Of a stretch of DNA of 64,000 nucleotides, positions 12,495-23,944 are shown one piece after another. Every line of letters starts with the position of its first letter. Positions within the stretch are counted from its first letter, which is position 1. The notes below the pieces were generated by a model, which ran no database searches, was not told the DNA's origin, and saw nothing but the letters and a program-made list of their open reading frames with translations. The position numbers and the translations under genes were made by a program. This stretch comes from Felis catus (Eukaryota), in assembly GCF_018350175.1 (NCBI RefSeq), contig NC_058368.1, forward strand, positions 92,506,001 to 92,570,000, written 5' to 3'.

Positions 12495-13398
12495 ATGGGG
12501 AGCTGGAGGTGGTTGGGAAGTCTATTACTGGACGAGTGGATAGGCAAATGTGGTGGGTATGCATACACAACACGGATGGATTCATAAAAGCATGTTGATG
12601 CATGAAGTTGCAGAGAAGTCATACCATTATGTCAAATAAAACTTCATATATAAAAATAACATAGATTTCATGAGAACAAGAAAATCGAGGAGCCTCGTGT
12701 GGACTCATGATAATAGGCCATGGACAACAGTGATTAACTCAACTCTAGGCACCTGAAATTCAAAACAACAACATGGCATTTTTTGGGGGGCTATCCACCC
12801 ATGGCCATTGAATCCTACCTCTTCAGCCGGGCAGCAGCCATAGTCTCTAATGGCTTCTTGTGGTCACAGCCTCCTTGATATTTATTGTGCCCTTGATCCT
12901 TCACACCCTAGTAAGGGTCATGGGGAAAGGGGGCCAGATTACACCCTGCTGGGGAATCATCTGGCTCCCCCTGAGGACTCTGGGAAGGCTTTGCCATACC
13001 TGCCTAAAAAAGAAAGTCAGTTTGTAGCTCTAGTTTCTGCCAGGTATGGTGGCCTCAGGACCTTGGCCTAGAGTGTACCTGGTCTCATTTACTGGTTTTA
13101 AAAAAATGATAGTAAAGGTTGCTTTGGGTTTCCCTTTTCTATCTCTCCCTTCCACTTTAGCACTGTGCCAACTAAAATAAAATAAAAATAGAATTATCAA
13201 TGGAGCCATAGTGAGAGTCAACTGATTTATACAGAAGTGGCTTGTGGTTTTGTGCAGTGATCTCCAAGGTTGGGTGTGGAAGAGAATCCATTGAGTTGTC
13301 AAGAGAAAGTTAGAAATGTCCATTTACTTTTTATTTTACCCTTAATTTTTTATTTTCCATATTTTTAAAAAACAATAACTGCAATACATTAAAACATA

Positions 13399-13606
13399 TT
13401 AATTTTTTAAATGTGTATTCATTTTTGAGGGAGACAGAGCACAAACGGGGAAGGGGCAGAGAGAGAGGGAGACACAGAATCCGAAGCAGGCTCCAGGCTC
13501 TGAGCTGTCAGCACAGAGCCCAATGCGGGGCTTGAACCCACAAACTGTGAGATCATGACCTGAGCCAAAGTCGGACACTGAACTAACTGAGCCACCTAGG
13601 CACCCC
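13399..13606 (-). mobile_element. CAN-SINE
   Basis: Consensus; TSD AAAACATATTAATT. Confidence 0.9.
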
Positions 13607-14096
13607 AAAACATATTAATTAAAGGTGCAAACTAAAAGGTAGTTGGAGACCACTGCTTTAAGGAGACATTTATTTGCCTGAACGCTTTGGACCCTTTGAT
13701 ATGGGTGATTTGGCATTGGCTTACACAGAGGAAAATTGTGCAGTTTTCCACAAGCTTTTTTGGGTGATTTATACTTTTGGCGGGGAGGTTTGTGGGAAGG
13801 AGTTTCCTGCTGGCTCCCAAGCATTTAATCGCTTGCCTGTTATTGTCTAAAACGTAAGCTCTTCATTCCAGGACATCTCTTGTTGGTCCCATAATGTTTC
13901 TCCATTGAGGGAGCTGGTGGAATTTTGGGAGGGCGTCCTCCCTGGTGTGGGACCTCCTGAATCTCAGGACGTTTAGCACCCACTTGAAGGCAGAGGGTCT
14001 TTCCCATTCTTGGTGATAAACCCAAATCCCCCCAAGCATTTCCTCCAGCCCGTGGGGGTAGGGGTTATTACCTACCCCTTTAAGAACAATTCTCCT

Positions 14097-14314
14097 TGGG
14101 GCCCCTGGGTGGCTCAGTCCATTAAATCCGACTTCAGCTCAGGTCATGATCTCACTGTTTGTGGGTTCAAGCCCCGCATCGGGTTCTGTGAGGACAGCTC
14201 GGAGCCTAGAGCCTGCTTCAGATTCTGTCTCCCTCTCTCTCTGCCCGTCCCCTGCTTGCTCGCGCACTCATTCTCTCTGTCTCTCTTAAAAATAAATAAA
14301 CATTAAAAGAAAAA
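14097..14314 (+). mobile_element. CAN-SINE
   Basis: Consensus head, (CT)n, AATAAA/A tail. Confidence 0.9.
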
Positions 14315-14689
14315 GCACTTCTTCTTGATGCTCTGCTTGCCTTTCTGGACTTGTTGCAAACACCTGCTCTTCTGCACCTCCACCAGGATCCCCTCCCTGA
14401 TTGCACCAACCCACAAAGATCTCTCCCTCCTGTGAATGCACAATATCATGTATTTGGCTTTATATGTCATCTCGTGGCTTCTATTACACTGTTGTCTTAG
14501 GTCATTATTTAGTACACATATGCTTTATAAACTTTCATGTGTCCAGATATTACTTTCTCAACTGGCTTACAAAACAGGGATTCCTGAAAGGTGAGGGAGG
14601 GGAAAGAAAAGCCCTCACCATGTTTCCTTTTCTTTCTCTCTCTCTCTTTTTTCTTTTTTTACTGCATAATCATAACCAGAATTATTTTA

Positions 14690-14840
14690 CTTTTTATTTT
14701 TATTTCTTAATTTAAATTTCAGTTAGCATACAGTGCGATATTGGTTTCAAGAGTACACTTCAGTGATGCATCACTTCCATACAATAGCCCGTGCTCATCA
14801 CAAGTGCCCTCCTTAATACCCATCACCCATCTAGTCCATT
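14690..14840 (-). mobile_element. L1 3' fragment
   Basis: GCATACAGTGCGATATTGGTTTCAAGAGTA...CACAAGTGCCCTCCTTAATACCCATCACCCAT. Confidence 0.75.
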
Positions 14841-14854
14841 TAAAAAAAAAAATG

Positions 14855-14867
14855 CTCATTTATTTAT

Positions 14868-14906
<39 letters not shown>

Positions 14907-15028
14907 CAAACAGGCTCTGCTCTCAGATCCACCTGTGGCTCAATCCCAGGAACCTTGAGATTATGACCTGAGCGGAAATCAACGGTCAGACGCTTAACTG
15001 CGTAACCGACTGAGGCACCCATGTGCCC
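14855..15028 (-). mobile_element. CAN-SINE
   Basis: Reverse consensus with (GA)n. Confidence 0.8.
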
Positions 15029-15321
15029 CTGGCCCATGTTTGAGCAATGCCTCCTTCTAAATAAGGTTGCTATGCTAAAAGCCTTCATCCTCGGAAAGCC
15101 TGGACTAAGGGGCCCCAAGAAATTTAGGGAGGATCTGAGAAATTTCTCTGTGGATTGAGAACTTTACATTTCTTTGGGGGACTTGAGTTTAGCTTTGGGC
15201 CAATAAATACAGTTGGATCAACGAATTAAGGTTTGTAGTAACCAACGTCTTGTGAGAACTTGGTCAAAACAGCTTGCTTTGCTTACTAGGGTAACTGGCA
15301 AATTTCTGTTTCTCCATGAAA

Positions 15322-15529
15322 AGAGGAAAGATAAAAACAGAGCAAGTGGCAAACTGTAAGAGACTCTTGAGTCCAGAGAACAAACTGAGGGTTGATGGGG
15401 GTGCGGAATGGGTTAAATGGGTGACAGGCATTTGTTGGGATGAGCACTGGGTGTTGTAGGTAAGAGATGAATCACTGGGTTCTACTCCTGAAGCCACAAC
15501 TACGCTGTATGTTAACTAACTTGAGAATT

Positions 15530-15561
<32 letters not shown>

Positions 15562-15595
15562 AGAAAAAGAAAAAGAAAAGAAAGAAAAGAGGAAA
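15322..15595 (+). mobile_element. L1 3' fragment with long A/GA tail
   Basis: AAGAGACTCTT...AGAGAACAAACTGAGGGTTGATGG...GATGAATCACTGGGTTCTACTCCTGAAGCC; poly(A)/(GAAAA)n. Confidence 0.85.
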
Positions 15596-16092
15596 GAATG
15601 TTCTCTCCTGTAAAGTCTATGTCCTGACCCTGAAAATCACCTAGGATTTTGGTAGCATTGTTGCTAATGCCAAAAGCTCTTTTTTTTTTTTTTTTTTCCT
15701 CCTGATTTGATAAGTGAGCAGAAAGGCAGTGACAATTTTAAAAAGTTTTTTTTTTCTTTTTCCTCCCCATGAGCATCTTGGAGGAACCTGTCTTTGGTAT
15801 GGAAGACTTTTTTACAACTTCGTGCTTGTAGTTACCTTCAGCTAACAGCCAATTAAACGTGCATGGGGAAGGAGTCTAGGGAGAGCTTCGGGTCGCAAGA
15901 ACAGAAATGCTAGGGAACATTAAGAACATACACACCATCATGGACCAGGCCTGTGAGCTTGTTTAAGCTCGAAGCAGAATCAGTAAGATTCACCAGGTCA
16001 AGGGGCCCTAGCACCTGTGTGTGTGAGGTAAGAGTCTTAACTGATAAAGGTCCAGCAACAGGGCAGTGGGGTGTTGGCTCCTGTTCTGCCAG

Positions 16093-16560
16093 TCGGGGGA
16101 CCAGAACATACCACCCCCAAAATATGCCATTTGGTGTAGGGATTTTGAACTGGAGGCAGCAAGGCATTTTCCCAGACCTTCCCCCATCTGACTAAAAGCA
16201 GAAGCTTCTGAAACATGGGGAGTGCTGTGAATGCTCTCTCTTGGGGAAGTTTTATGGCCACCAAGAAGAGGGAAAGAAGCAGGGCAGAGATGGGAGGACA
16301 TAATCTTTATTTCCTTCGTTTCCCAGTAGATTACCTCCCCAGGGGGTGCCACCCTTGAAGGCTGACCACCCTTTTCCTTTGTCTTGTCACTTGCCTGCAA
16401 TGTATTGTTCTTCTTTGGAAGATATCACAGAAGCCTACATTCTAACAACACCTTTGCTTGACTCCTCTCTGCTGAATAAGCATCTGTTTGGGTATTTTTC
16501 TGGTCAATCCGTCTTTTGTCAATCTAATCTTCTGGGGCCCCAGGGCTGGGGGCACAACAT
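16093..16560 (+). mobile_element. MER34-like LTR fragment
   Basis: ACCAGAACATACCACCCCCAAAATATGCCATTTGG resembles the MER34 5' end; ends in GTCTTTTGTCAATCTAAT-type sequence. Confidence 0.6.
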
Positions 16561-16923
16561 TCCAGGTTGCAAGGATTTAAGAGATTTTCCGGATTGGCTC
16601 CAAACAGTGCAGCTAGCTCAAAACTCTCTATAAAAATTAAGTCTCCTTTTAGTGAACTCCACAGTGCATTTATGATAGGAAAATAGATGCGTTGCTGGTA
16701 GAAGTCATGCTGCCAGGCCAGCACAGCTGACACCGAACTAGAATTCTCCACAGTACACGTCTGAGTGCAAAACAGTTTGGAATTCACGGAAGCCGGCTGG
16801 TGTCAGACATGCACCACTCACAGTTTGGGGCTTTCCTAACGTGCCCCAGCCACACTGGCTCCCGAGCTGTTTCTTAGTGAGCAGCCATGTGCCCACCTCA
16901 GGGCCTTTGCACTTTAAAACAAA

Positions 16924-17164
16924 ATTTTTAAAAAATATTTATTTTTAAATCAAAATTAAAAAAAAATATTTGTTTATTTTTGAGAGAGAACACACAGAAG
17001 TGGAAAGGCAGAGAGTTCTAGAAAGGGAGACCCAGAATCCGAAGCAGGCTCCAGGCTCTGAGCTGTCAGCAACAGAACCTGACACGGGGCTCGAACCCAC
17101 AAACTGTGAGATCATGACCTGAGTCCAAGTCGGGCGCTTAACCGACTGAGCCACCCAGGTGCCC
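16924..17164 (-). mobile_element. CAN-SINE
   Basis: Reverse consensus. Confidence 0.9.
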
Positions 17165-17253
17165 GGGGCATTTGCACAGTTAAATTTTCTCTGTCTTGAG
17201 GCTGGTGGCCCAGAAAACGAAGTGGTCCACTCACTTCCTTTGGCTCTTTACCC

Positions 17254-18355
17254 CGTTAAAAAGCCAAAATTTGACAGAGTAAATTTGAAAATATAATTGG
17301 CTTTATTAAATGATTCATGAATTGGGAGATGTCCCACCTAGCATATGGAGAAGAGCTCTGTGGGAGCTCCAGAAAAGGAAATGTTTTTCAAAGTGGGGGT
17401 GTAGGGCATGGGGGGAGTGGTGGGTGTAGGTGGTGGAGGGGAGGGGGGGAGTTAACAAAGAATCCATTGTTTTAGGCTTGGTGGCCCTCCTAAGGGGAAT
17501 TACCTTCTGGCTGTTGACCAGGAAATTCTAATTTGGCTGGTTAAAGGTCATGGTGAAGTTTTGGGGTGGTGGGGTGGTCCAAAGCTGATGGCCAAGAAAG
17601 AATTCTTGAAGACATCTTTGGTACAAAAATGTAATTTTATTCAAGCATGGGGACAGGACCCACGGGCAGGAAGAGCTGCACTGGGGTCCTGATGGGTAAC
17701 TCATTATATACCTTCAGGTTGGGAGGGGGTCAGGGACTGAATAAAGCTCTAAGAAATTTTGGAAGCAAGGTTTCCAGGATCTTGAGGGGCTATCTGTTGC
17801 TAGGGAAACACCATTTATTACAGTTTAATAAAACCTCAGCCATGAGACCCTTCAGATGTATATCAGGAGGCCATAAGCTTGGAGTGTGATTGCCAGCATG
17901 TATTCTGGGGCAGTTGGGATAAAGGAAGTAGATTTACAGGATCCTCAAGGTTGGGACAATGTTAAGCCAAGGTTCTCTTTTGCCCCCAGCAAAGTGTCCT
18001 CATCCAGGCAGCTGAGCTCCTGCCTGTTTCAAGGACTTGTCAGTAGGCTGCAGGCAGTAAAGGAATTTAATTTTTCATTTGCCTTAGGTTCCCACATCAC
18101 CATGGCAAGTGCTTAACCCCTTTTCCTTTCTTCTTGGGTAGCTGGGAGTGACCGAGGAATATCACACAGATGCCACCTGGGGTGGGGGGTGTGCCAGTCT
18201 GTATTTTGCCATCAGCTTGCCCCAAGCTCCCTCATCAGTTACATCCTGGTGGGGGAGGGGAACCAACAGTTAGGTTAAGTGCTAAGTCTTAGTTTGCTGA
18301 CATGGGGCCTTAACCTAAGTGACACCATTTTGGTCCGTTGGTTTACTTTTTAACG
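17254..18355. mobile_element. Older LTR-like element interrupted by the 17551-18237 LTR
   Basis: Terminal inverted ends CGTTAAAAAG...CTTTTTAACG; sequence continues on both sides of the nested LTR. Confidence 0.5.
17551..18237 (-). mobile_element. Solo LTR, second ERV1-type family (here called family B)
   Basis: Aligns along most of its length with 49413-50121 and 58979-59717; TG..CA termini; imperfect TSD GTCA/GTTA; sits inside an older LTR-like element. Confidence 0.85.
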
Positions 18356-18598
18356 TCTCAGTGACACTGTCTTCAGAAAGCTGTCCCTGGACACCCCATC
18401 CAAAATTGTCTTGTCCTCTCCCCCACTATCTTTCTCTCAAGCTCTTGCGATTATTTAACAGATTCTGAAATGTACTCCCCATCTTTTTTCTCCACTCTGT
18501 GCCCCAGAACAGAGTATCAGCTTCATAAAAGGGAGGTTTTGTATTTTTTGTTCCCTGCTCTATTCTCCACACCTAGAATAGTGTTAGGCACATAGTAC

Positions 18599-19150
18599 TG
18601 ATAGAAGATAGGATTCAGTAGGCAGAGAGGGCAAGGTTAGGGCCTGAGGTCCCTGGGTGGGGAAAAACACCTATTTTGGAAAGGTGCTGGGAGCGGCTGA
18701 CCACAGCAAACCCCCTCAGGCGAGAGGTTCCTCTTCAGAATGTAACAGAGCCCTCCTCCCCCAAGGGTTTCCCTCGGGAATTTGACAAAAGACCTAAGTA
18801 TGACCATAGACCACCCCTCACGCAATGCAATGGAGCCAGTCAGGAATGGGCAGCCCAGCACCTGGAGCTATCAAACCAATAAGGGTAGAACCTGAGAAGG
18901 AACGAGGGGGAAAGGCAGGGCAGGGGGTTGCTGACCAGAACCTTATAAAACAAGGACCCTGGCCTAGCATCCTCAGGCATTCATTTTCCAATGTCCCCTC
19001 TCTATAAAGAGAGCTTTCCTACTACTCTTCCTTCCGGAACTTATATTCTATTAAACCTTGGCCTGCTGCTCATTTTGTGTCCACCTCTCCGTTCTTCCAA
19101 GCGGGGAGACAACGAATCCCGGGTGTTGTGGTAAAAAAAATCCTGCAGCA
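18599..19150 (+). mobile_element. Solo LTR (third family) inserted in an L2 3' end
   Basis: TGATAG...GCAGCA termini; internal CCAAT, TATAAAA and ATTAAA; imperfect TSD GTAC/GTAG; flanks rejoin as an L2 tail (GGCACATAGTA|GGACGTCAATAAATATT). Confidence 0.75.
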
Positions 19151-19390
19151 GTAGGACGTCAATAAATATTGGTGGAAGGAGCTGAGTGACTGACCTCCCC
19201 ACTGGCCCAGCTGTCACTCTGCACTCCCGGGGCTCAGCCACCACCCAGCGCTCACACCCACCTCGCCTCCCCCAGCTCCTGGGTCCTCAGCTCCACCAGG
19301 CTGCCCTCTTTCAGGCGACATGCCTCTCCAACTCTCTTAACTCCCTTAAGCCACTGCAAAACTTTTAAAATACTTTTTGTTGCAGGTCAC

Positions 19391-19819
19391 TGATGTGGGA
19401 AACAAAGGCAGAAGGAAATGGCAGGTAAAATTAAATTTCCTTGTAGCCTGCAGCCCATTGACAGAGCCCATGGACTTGGAGGCAGACAGAGGAAAATGTT
19501 TCTCCAGGAACTCCCTCTGTCTTAATGTTAATGCTTCGCTAGAGGGGAAAACCGCCTTAGCTTGACAACAGCTAGGAAACCTGGGAGTCTTCTTTAGCAT
19601 ATGAAAATCTCATTGGAAACTTCCCCTGGACTTTACCTTCTCAAACTCCACCGCATGTAACCTGTCTCTCCTGGTCCCTGGGCAGCTCTTTCTGCCCATG
19701 GGTGCTGTCCCCGTGCGTTAATAAAATCACCTCTTTGCATCAAAGGTGTCTTCAAGAATTCTTTCTTGGCCATCAGCTCCAGACCCCACGAACCCCACTA
19801 TCACCGCCAAACCTGATCA
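19391..19819 (+). mobile_element. Solo LTR, short variant related to family B
   Basis: TGATGTGGG...CCTGATCA; shares the 3' part (AATAAAATCACC...CAAGAATTCTTTCTTGGCC) with 21540-22464 and with the reverse complement of 17551-18237; imperfect TSD GTCAC/GTAAC. Confidence 0.8.
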
Positions 19820-19828
19820 GTAACAACA

Positions 19829-20509
19829 TTTTAAGTTTTTTATTTTGAGAGAGACAGAGACAGCGCAAGTTGGGGAGGGGAAAGAGAGAGGGAGGGAGAA
19901 TCCTAAGCAGGTTCCATGCTGTCAGCACAGAGCCCAACATGGGGCTCAAACCCAGGAAATTGAGATCAAGACCTGAGCTGAAACCAAGAGTCCCATGCTT
20001 AACCTGAAAGAGCGGACCTACACCGGCCGACTCCATCTTGTTCTGTGTCCTCCACCTTGAGTGACTATGTCCCTGACATGGCCCCTTTCCGGGAAAATCA
20101 CAGAAACCTCAGACCACGCTTCCTCTCCTTGAGTAACCTCCCGCTCACCCATTCAAACTTCCCAATCAAAACACACCCGGCAACCTGCGTAAGGGACTCT
20201 GACCCTTCCCAAGCCAATTGGCTGAGGCCACGACCCTTCCCCAGCCAATCAGCTGAGGCCACGACCCTTCCCCAGCCAATCGGCTAAGGCCACAGCCATT
20301 ACCTCACCAACTGCCCCTAGACCCCTGTAAAACCTTTGTGCTTTTGAAACTCCCTGGCTCTCACCTATGCGTTGGTGCAGGTAGGGAATTGAACTTGAGC
20401 TCGCTCAAATAAAGGCTCTTTGCTTTTGCATCGGACTCGGCTCCCTGGTGGTCTTTGGGGATCGTGAATTCTGGGCATAACAAACCCACTGAGCCACCCA
20501 GGCGCCCCC
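19829..20509 (-). mobile_element. CAN-SINE split by the solo LTR at 20005-20482
   Basis: ...ATGCTTAACC [LTR] AACCCACTGAGCCACCCAGGCGCCCC. Confidence 0.9.
20005..20482 (+). mobile_element. Solo LTR of the same family as the provirus, inserted in a SINE
   Basis: TGAAAGAGCGGACCTA...CTGGGCATAACA termini shared with the proviral LTRs; 4-bp TSD AACC (20001-20004 / 20483-20486); SINE sequence resumes on both sides. Confidence 0.95.
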
Positions 20510-21539
20510 ATGCTGGTAACTACATTGAAGAAGAGGGGTTTCACTAAAATAATGATAATGGAGATGTTACCGGTTATTTATACTTTGTGAAATTCATTAT
20601 TAATATTATCCCTGAGTTCCCAGCACAATTTGGAGTATCTAGGCTTCTGTTCCTCTGTACCTATTTTTCTTTCTTAGAAGAGCCTATGATCGCTGTCCTT
20701 TTGACCTATTTTTTGTCTTGTTACCTTCTTTTCACCTTCTTGGAGAGCAAGGTGGTTTTTATCCAACTGGAAGGAGTCCGTTCACCTGCACAAAATGGAA
20801 AGCCAAACACTGTATGTAGCACTGGTCTTTTGCGGAGAGAGATTTATTGCTTGCAAAGTGGTTAAGCAAGGTGAGATAGGAGGCTGGCTTCAATCTGTAA
20901 CCCCCAACTGAAATTGGAACAAGCCTTCTAATAATCACAGGGATTGGCCTTCCATACATATTGAAGGAAAGGGCGGGGAAACTTACAACTCTTCATGGAG
21001 AAAGATAGCACGTGCACATTGAGCAAACACATGCATAACATACATCCCCTGTCTATTTTGGGGTGGAGACTTAAAATGAGGCAAAATATCCGCCCCCCTC
21101 TAACCGCCATCAGGAGGTCACAGGTAGGACAAGGAGAAGGTTGTGCACATGCCCAGAGCGCTGGTATAAACTGGATAGAATTTGGGCTCCTCCTCCCTGA
21201 TGAGAAATGCAGGGCCTTTGCGTGTGCATAAGCTGGAATCTTTTGTGTCAGTTCAGGCCTCTGCTGAGACAGCTAATGGTTAGTGGGGTTTGAAAACAAA
21301 CAATAGCTGATTGGGGAGAAACAGTTCTCTGAAAACACAGGGCACGCCCCTTGTTGTCTAGGGGGTCCAGGCAGATGTGACCTTGGTGTTCATGTGGCAA
21401 CGGTCAAGGAGCCTGAGGGAGCTTCCCCACAGGCACGCTGTGACAGGAGGCACTGGGAAGCCCCAAGGAGAGCTGCCACCTCTGGTCTTCCCAGACTCTT
21501 CTTGGATGGTCCACACCCCTTCGGAAAGGTGGTCTAATG

Positions 21540-22464
21540 TGATGAGGGAGCAGAAGGCAAGCTGACCCCCACAAACACTCCCCACCCCCAGGGGGGATGT
21601 GTGTGATAGTCCTGGGGCACTCCTGGTGGCTCAAGAACAAAAGGAAAGGGGAAAAACAATTGGTTAACTGATAGAGATCACAGTCCTGCAGGACTTGAGT
21701 CTCCATTAGTTTACAACTATCTTAGTAAACTCCAAAAAAAAAAAAGGAAGTCTTATCAATAGCCTAATCTCCAGAAACCTGTAGACTCAGTTTCCTGAGC
21801 CCAAACATCACTCCTCCACAGTGATATGGGGAACAAAGGCAGAAGGAAATGGCAGATAAAATTAAATTTCCTTATAGCCTGCAGCCCATTGACAGACACT
21901 TGAGGCCAGCAGAGTAAAACATTTCTCCAGGAACTCCTATGTCTTAATGTTAATGCTTTGCTAGAGGGAGAACAACTTTTTTTTATTAAAAATTTTTTTT
22001 AATGTTTTATTTATTTTTGAGAGAGAGACAGACAGAACATGAGCAGGAGAGGGGCAGAGAGAGGGGGAGGACACAAAATCCAAAGCGGGCAACTCCAACC
22101 CACTAACTGTGAGATCATGACTTGAGCCAAAGTTGGTTGCTTAACCAACTAAGCCACCCAGGTGCCCCTAGGGGGAAAAACAACCTTAGCTTAACAATAA
22201 CTAGGCCTCCAGTATCTTGTGAGTCTTCTTTAGCATACGAAAATCTCATTGGAAACTTCCCCTGGACAGTACCTCCCCCAACTCCCAAATACATAACCGG
22301 TGTCTCCACAGGGTCCCGGGGAAGCTCTTCCTGCCCATGGGTCCTGTCCCGTGCTTCAATAAAATCGTCATTTTTACACCACCATTTTTGCACCAAAGAG
22401 GTCTCAAGAATTCTTTCTTGGCTGTTGGCTCCGGATGCCCCACCATTACCCCAAAACTGCATCA
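21540..22464 (+). mobile_element. Solo LTR related to family B, containing a nested SINE
   Basis: TGATGAGGGAG...AAAACTGCATCA termini match the reverse complement of the 17551/49413/58979 copies; SINE inserted at about 21977-22168. Confidence 0.85.
21977..22168 (-). mobile_element. CAN-SINE (internally deleted) inside the 21540-22464 LTR
   Basis: Reverse consensus; TSD-like TAGAGGGAGAACAAC / TAGGGGGAAAAACAAC. Confidence 0.85.
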
Positions 22465-23037
22465 TGATTGAGGGAAAGCAGAAATTCCCTTGTTGTCAGG
22501 CTTCAAGAGGATCATTAGCTCCTGCTGGAGTCTCTGGTCTCCAGAGTCCTGAAGGCACCTCCAGTAGGCCCCCTCCTTTAGGGCTGGAGGCTGAGGCGTG
22601 GTTCTAGGGGCCAGCAGGGTGATGCTGGCAGGGAGACAAAGTTAGTGACCATAATTGCAACACTTGATTGCATAATTTCTAACACAGTCTAAAGTCATTT
22701 TGCCCCAAATAGTAGGGATTCTGGACCAACAGCAGAAAGAAGGGAACCACCATCAAAGAGATGGGGTTTAGAAGATTAAAAAGAACTTGGTCCACATTGT
22801 AGGTTCTTAAACGGTATTTAGGAGAGCGGATGCCTCCAGTCTTTAGGGAAGATCTCACTAAAGAGGAAATAGGTCAACGGTCAAGTGCCCGTGGAATATG
22901 GAAGGAAGCCAGGAAACCAAATTAGAGCAACTGAGGTTACGACTCTGTTCAGATCTCCTCTTCTTACAACCACACTGCAACCTCCTTACTCTGATTTCCT
23001 ATTTTACTCAGGACCCCACAGTTAAATCCTTAATTAC

Positions 23038-23248
23038 TGTTAGGATGTCCTTGGAACCACAGTAGAGGGGACGGCCATCTTGCCAGTGCAACCCAATGAA
23101 AAGCCCCTAGTAGCCAGAACGAATTGGAGGCCAACCAATCACTGAGTGACAGCACGACCTGACGCGAAAAAGGCCCACCCAGACCTAAACCCGGAACTGC
23201 TGCAGCTTAAAAACCCCACCCCACACCTGGGTGCGACTTCCCTGACTC

Positions 23249-23300
<52 letters not shown>

Positions 23301-23409
23301 GGGTCACGGAACCTCACCAGAGACATTAGCTCCCAAATAAAGCCTTTGAATGCTAAAATTTTTAGCCTCTGACTCCTATTTTTACCCTGCCTTACGCCTG
23401 ACCCTAACA
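23038..23409 (+). mobile_element. Solo LTR (372 bp, fourth family)
   Basis: Perfect terminal inverted repeat TGTTAGG...CCTAACA; perfect 5-bp TSD ATTAC (23033-23037 / 23410-23414); CCAAT, TTAAAA TATA-like box, (CT)n and AATAAA. Confidence 0.9.
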
Positions 23410-23432
23410 ATTACCTCTCATTGTCTTAAATA

Positions 23433-23646
23433 ATTTTTTAAAATGTTTTTATTTATTTTTGAGACAGAGAGAGACAGAGCATGAGCGGGGAAGGGGCAGA
23501 GAGAGAGGGAGACACAGAGTCTGAAGCAGGCTCCAGGTTCTGAGCTGTCAGCACAGAGCCCGACGCAGGGCTTGAACTCACAGACTGTGAGATCGTGACC
23601 TGAGCTGAAGTCAGACGCTTAACCAACTGAGACACCCAGGCGCCCC
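23433..23646 (-). mobile_element. CAN-SINE
   Basis: Consensus; TSD ACCTCTCATTGTCTTA. Confidence 0.92.
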
Positions 23647-23756
23647 ACCTCTCATTGTCTTAGATATGTTTGTTTTTCTTAGAGTTTCTTGAGGTTAGGA
23701 AACGTGTCCCAAACTTCTGTGTTGTTGAGGATGTAGAATAAGAAGCTCTGGAATCA

Positions 23757-23944
23757 GGGTGCCTGGGTGGCTTAGTCTGTTAAGCAACTCTTGATTTCAG
23801 CTCAGGTCACGTTCTCACTGAGATCAAGCCCCGGGTCAGGCTCTGCATTGAAAGCATGGAATCTGCTTGGGATTACTCTCTCTCCCTCTCTCTGCCCCAT
23901 CTCTGCTCATGCTCTCTCTCTCAAAATAACTAAGCATAAAAAAA
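23757..23944 (+). mobile_element. CAN-SINE
   Basis: Consensus; TSD-like TGGAATCAGG. Confidence 0.85.

Larger units (their letters stand above)
20765..22662 (-). mobile_element. Probable older LTR hosting the 21540-22464 LTR
   Basis: Reverse polyA-signal context (GATTTATTG at about 20840) and LTR-like end TTGCAACA at 22662; left boundary and TSD not resolved. Confidence 0.4.

Noticed and set aside
20201..20293. CRISPR-like repeat array
   Set aside because: Head-to-tail repeats without spacers inside a mammalian LTR U3.
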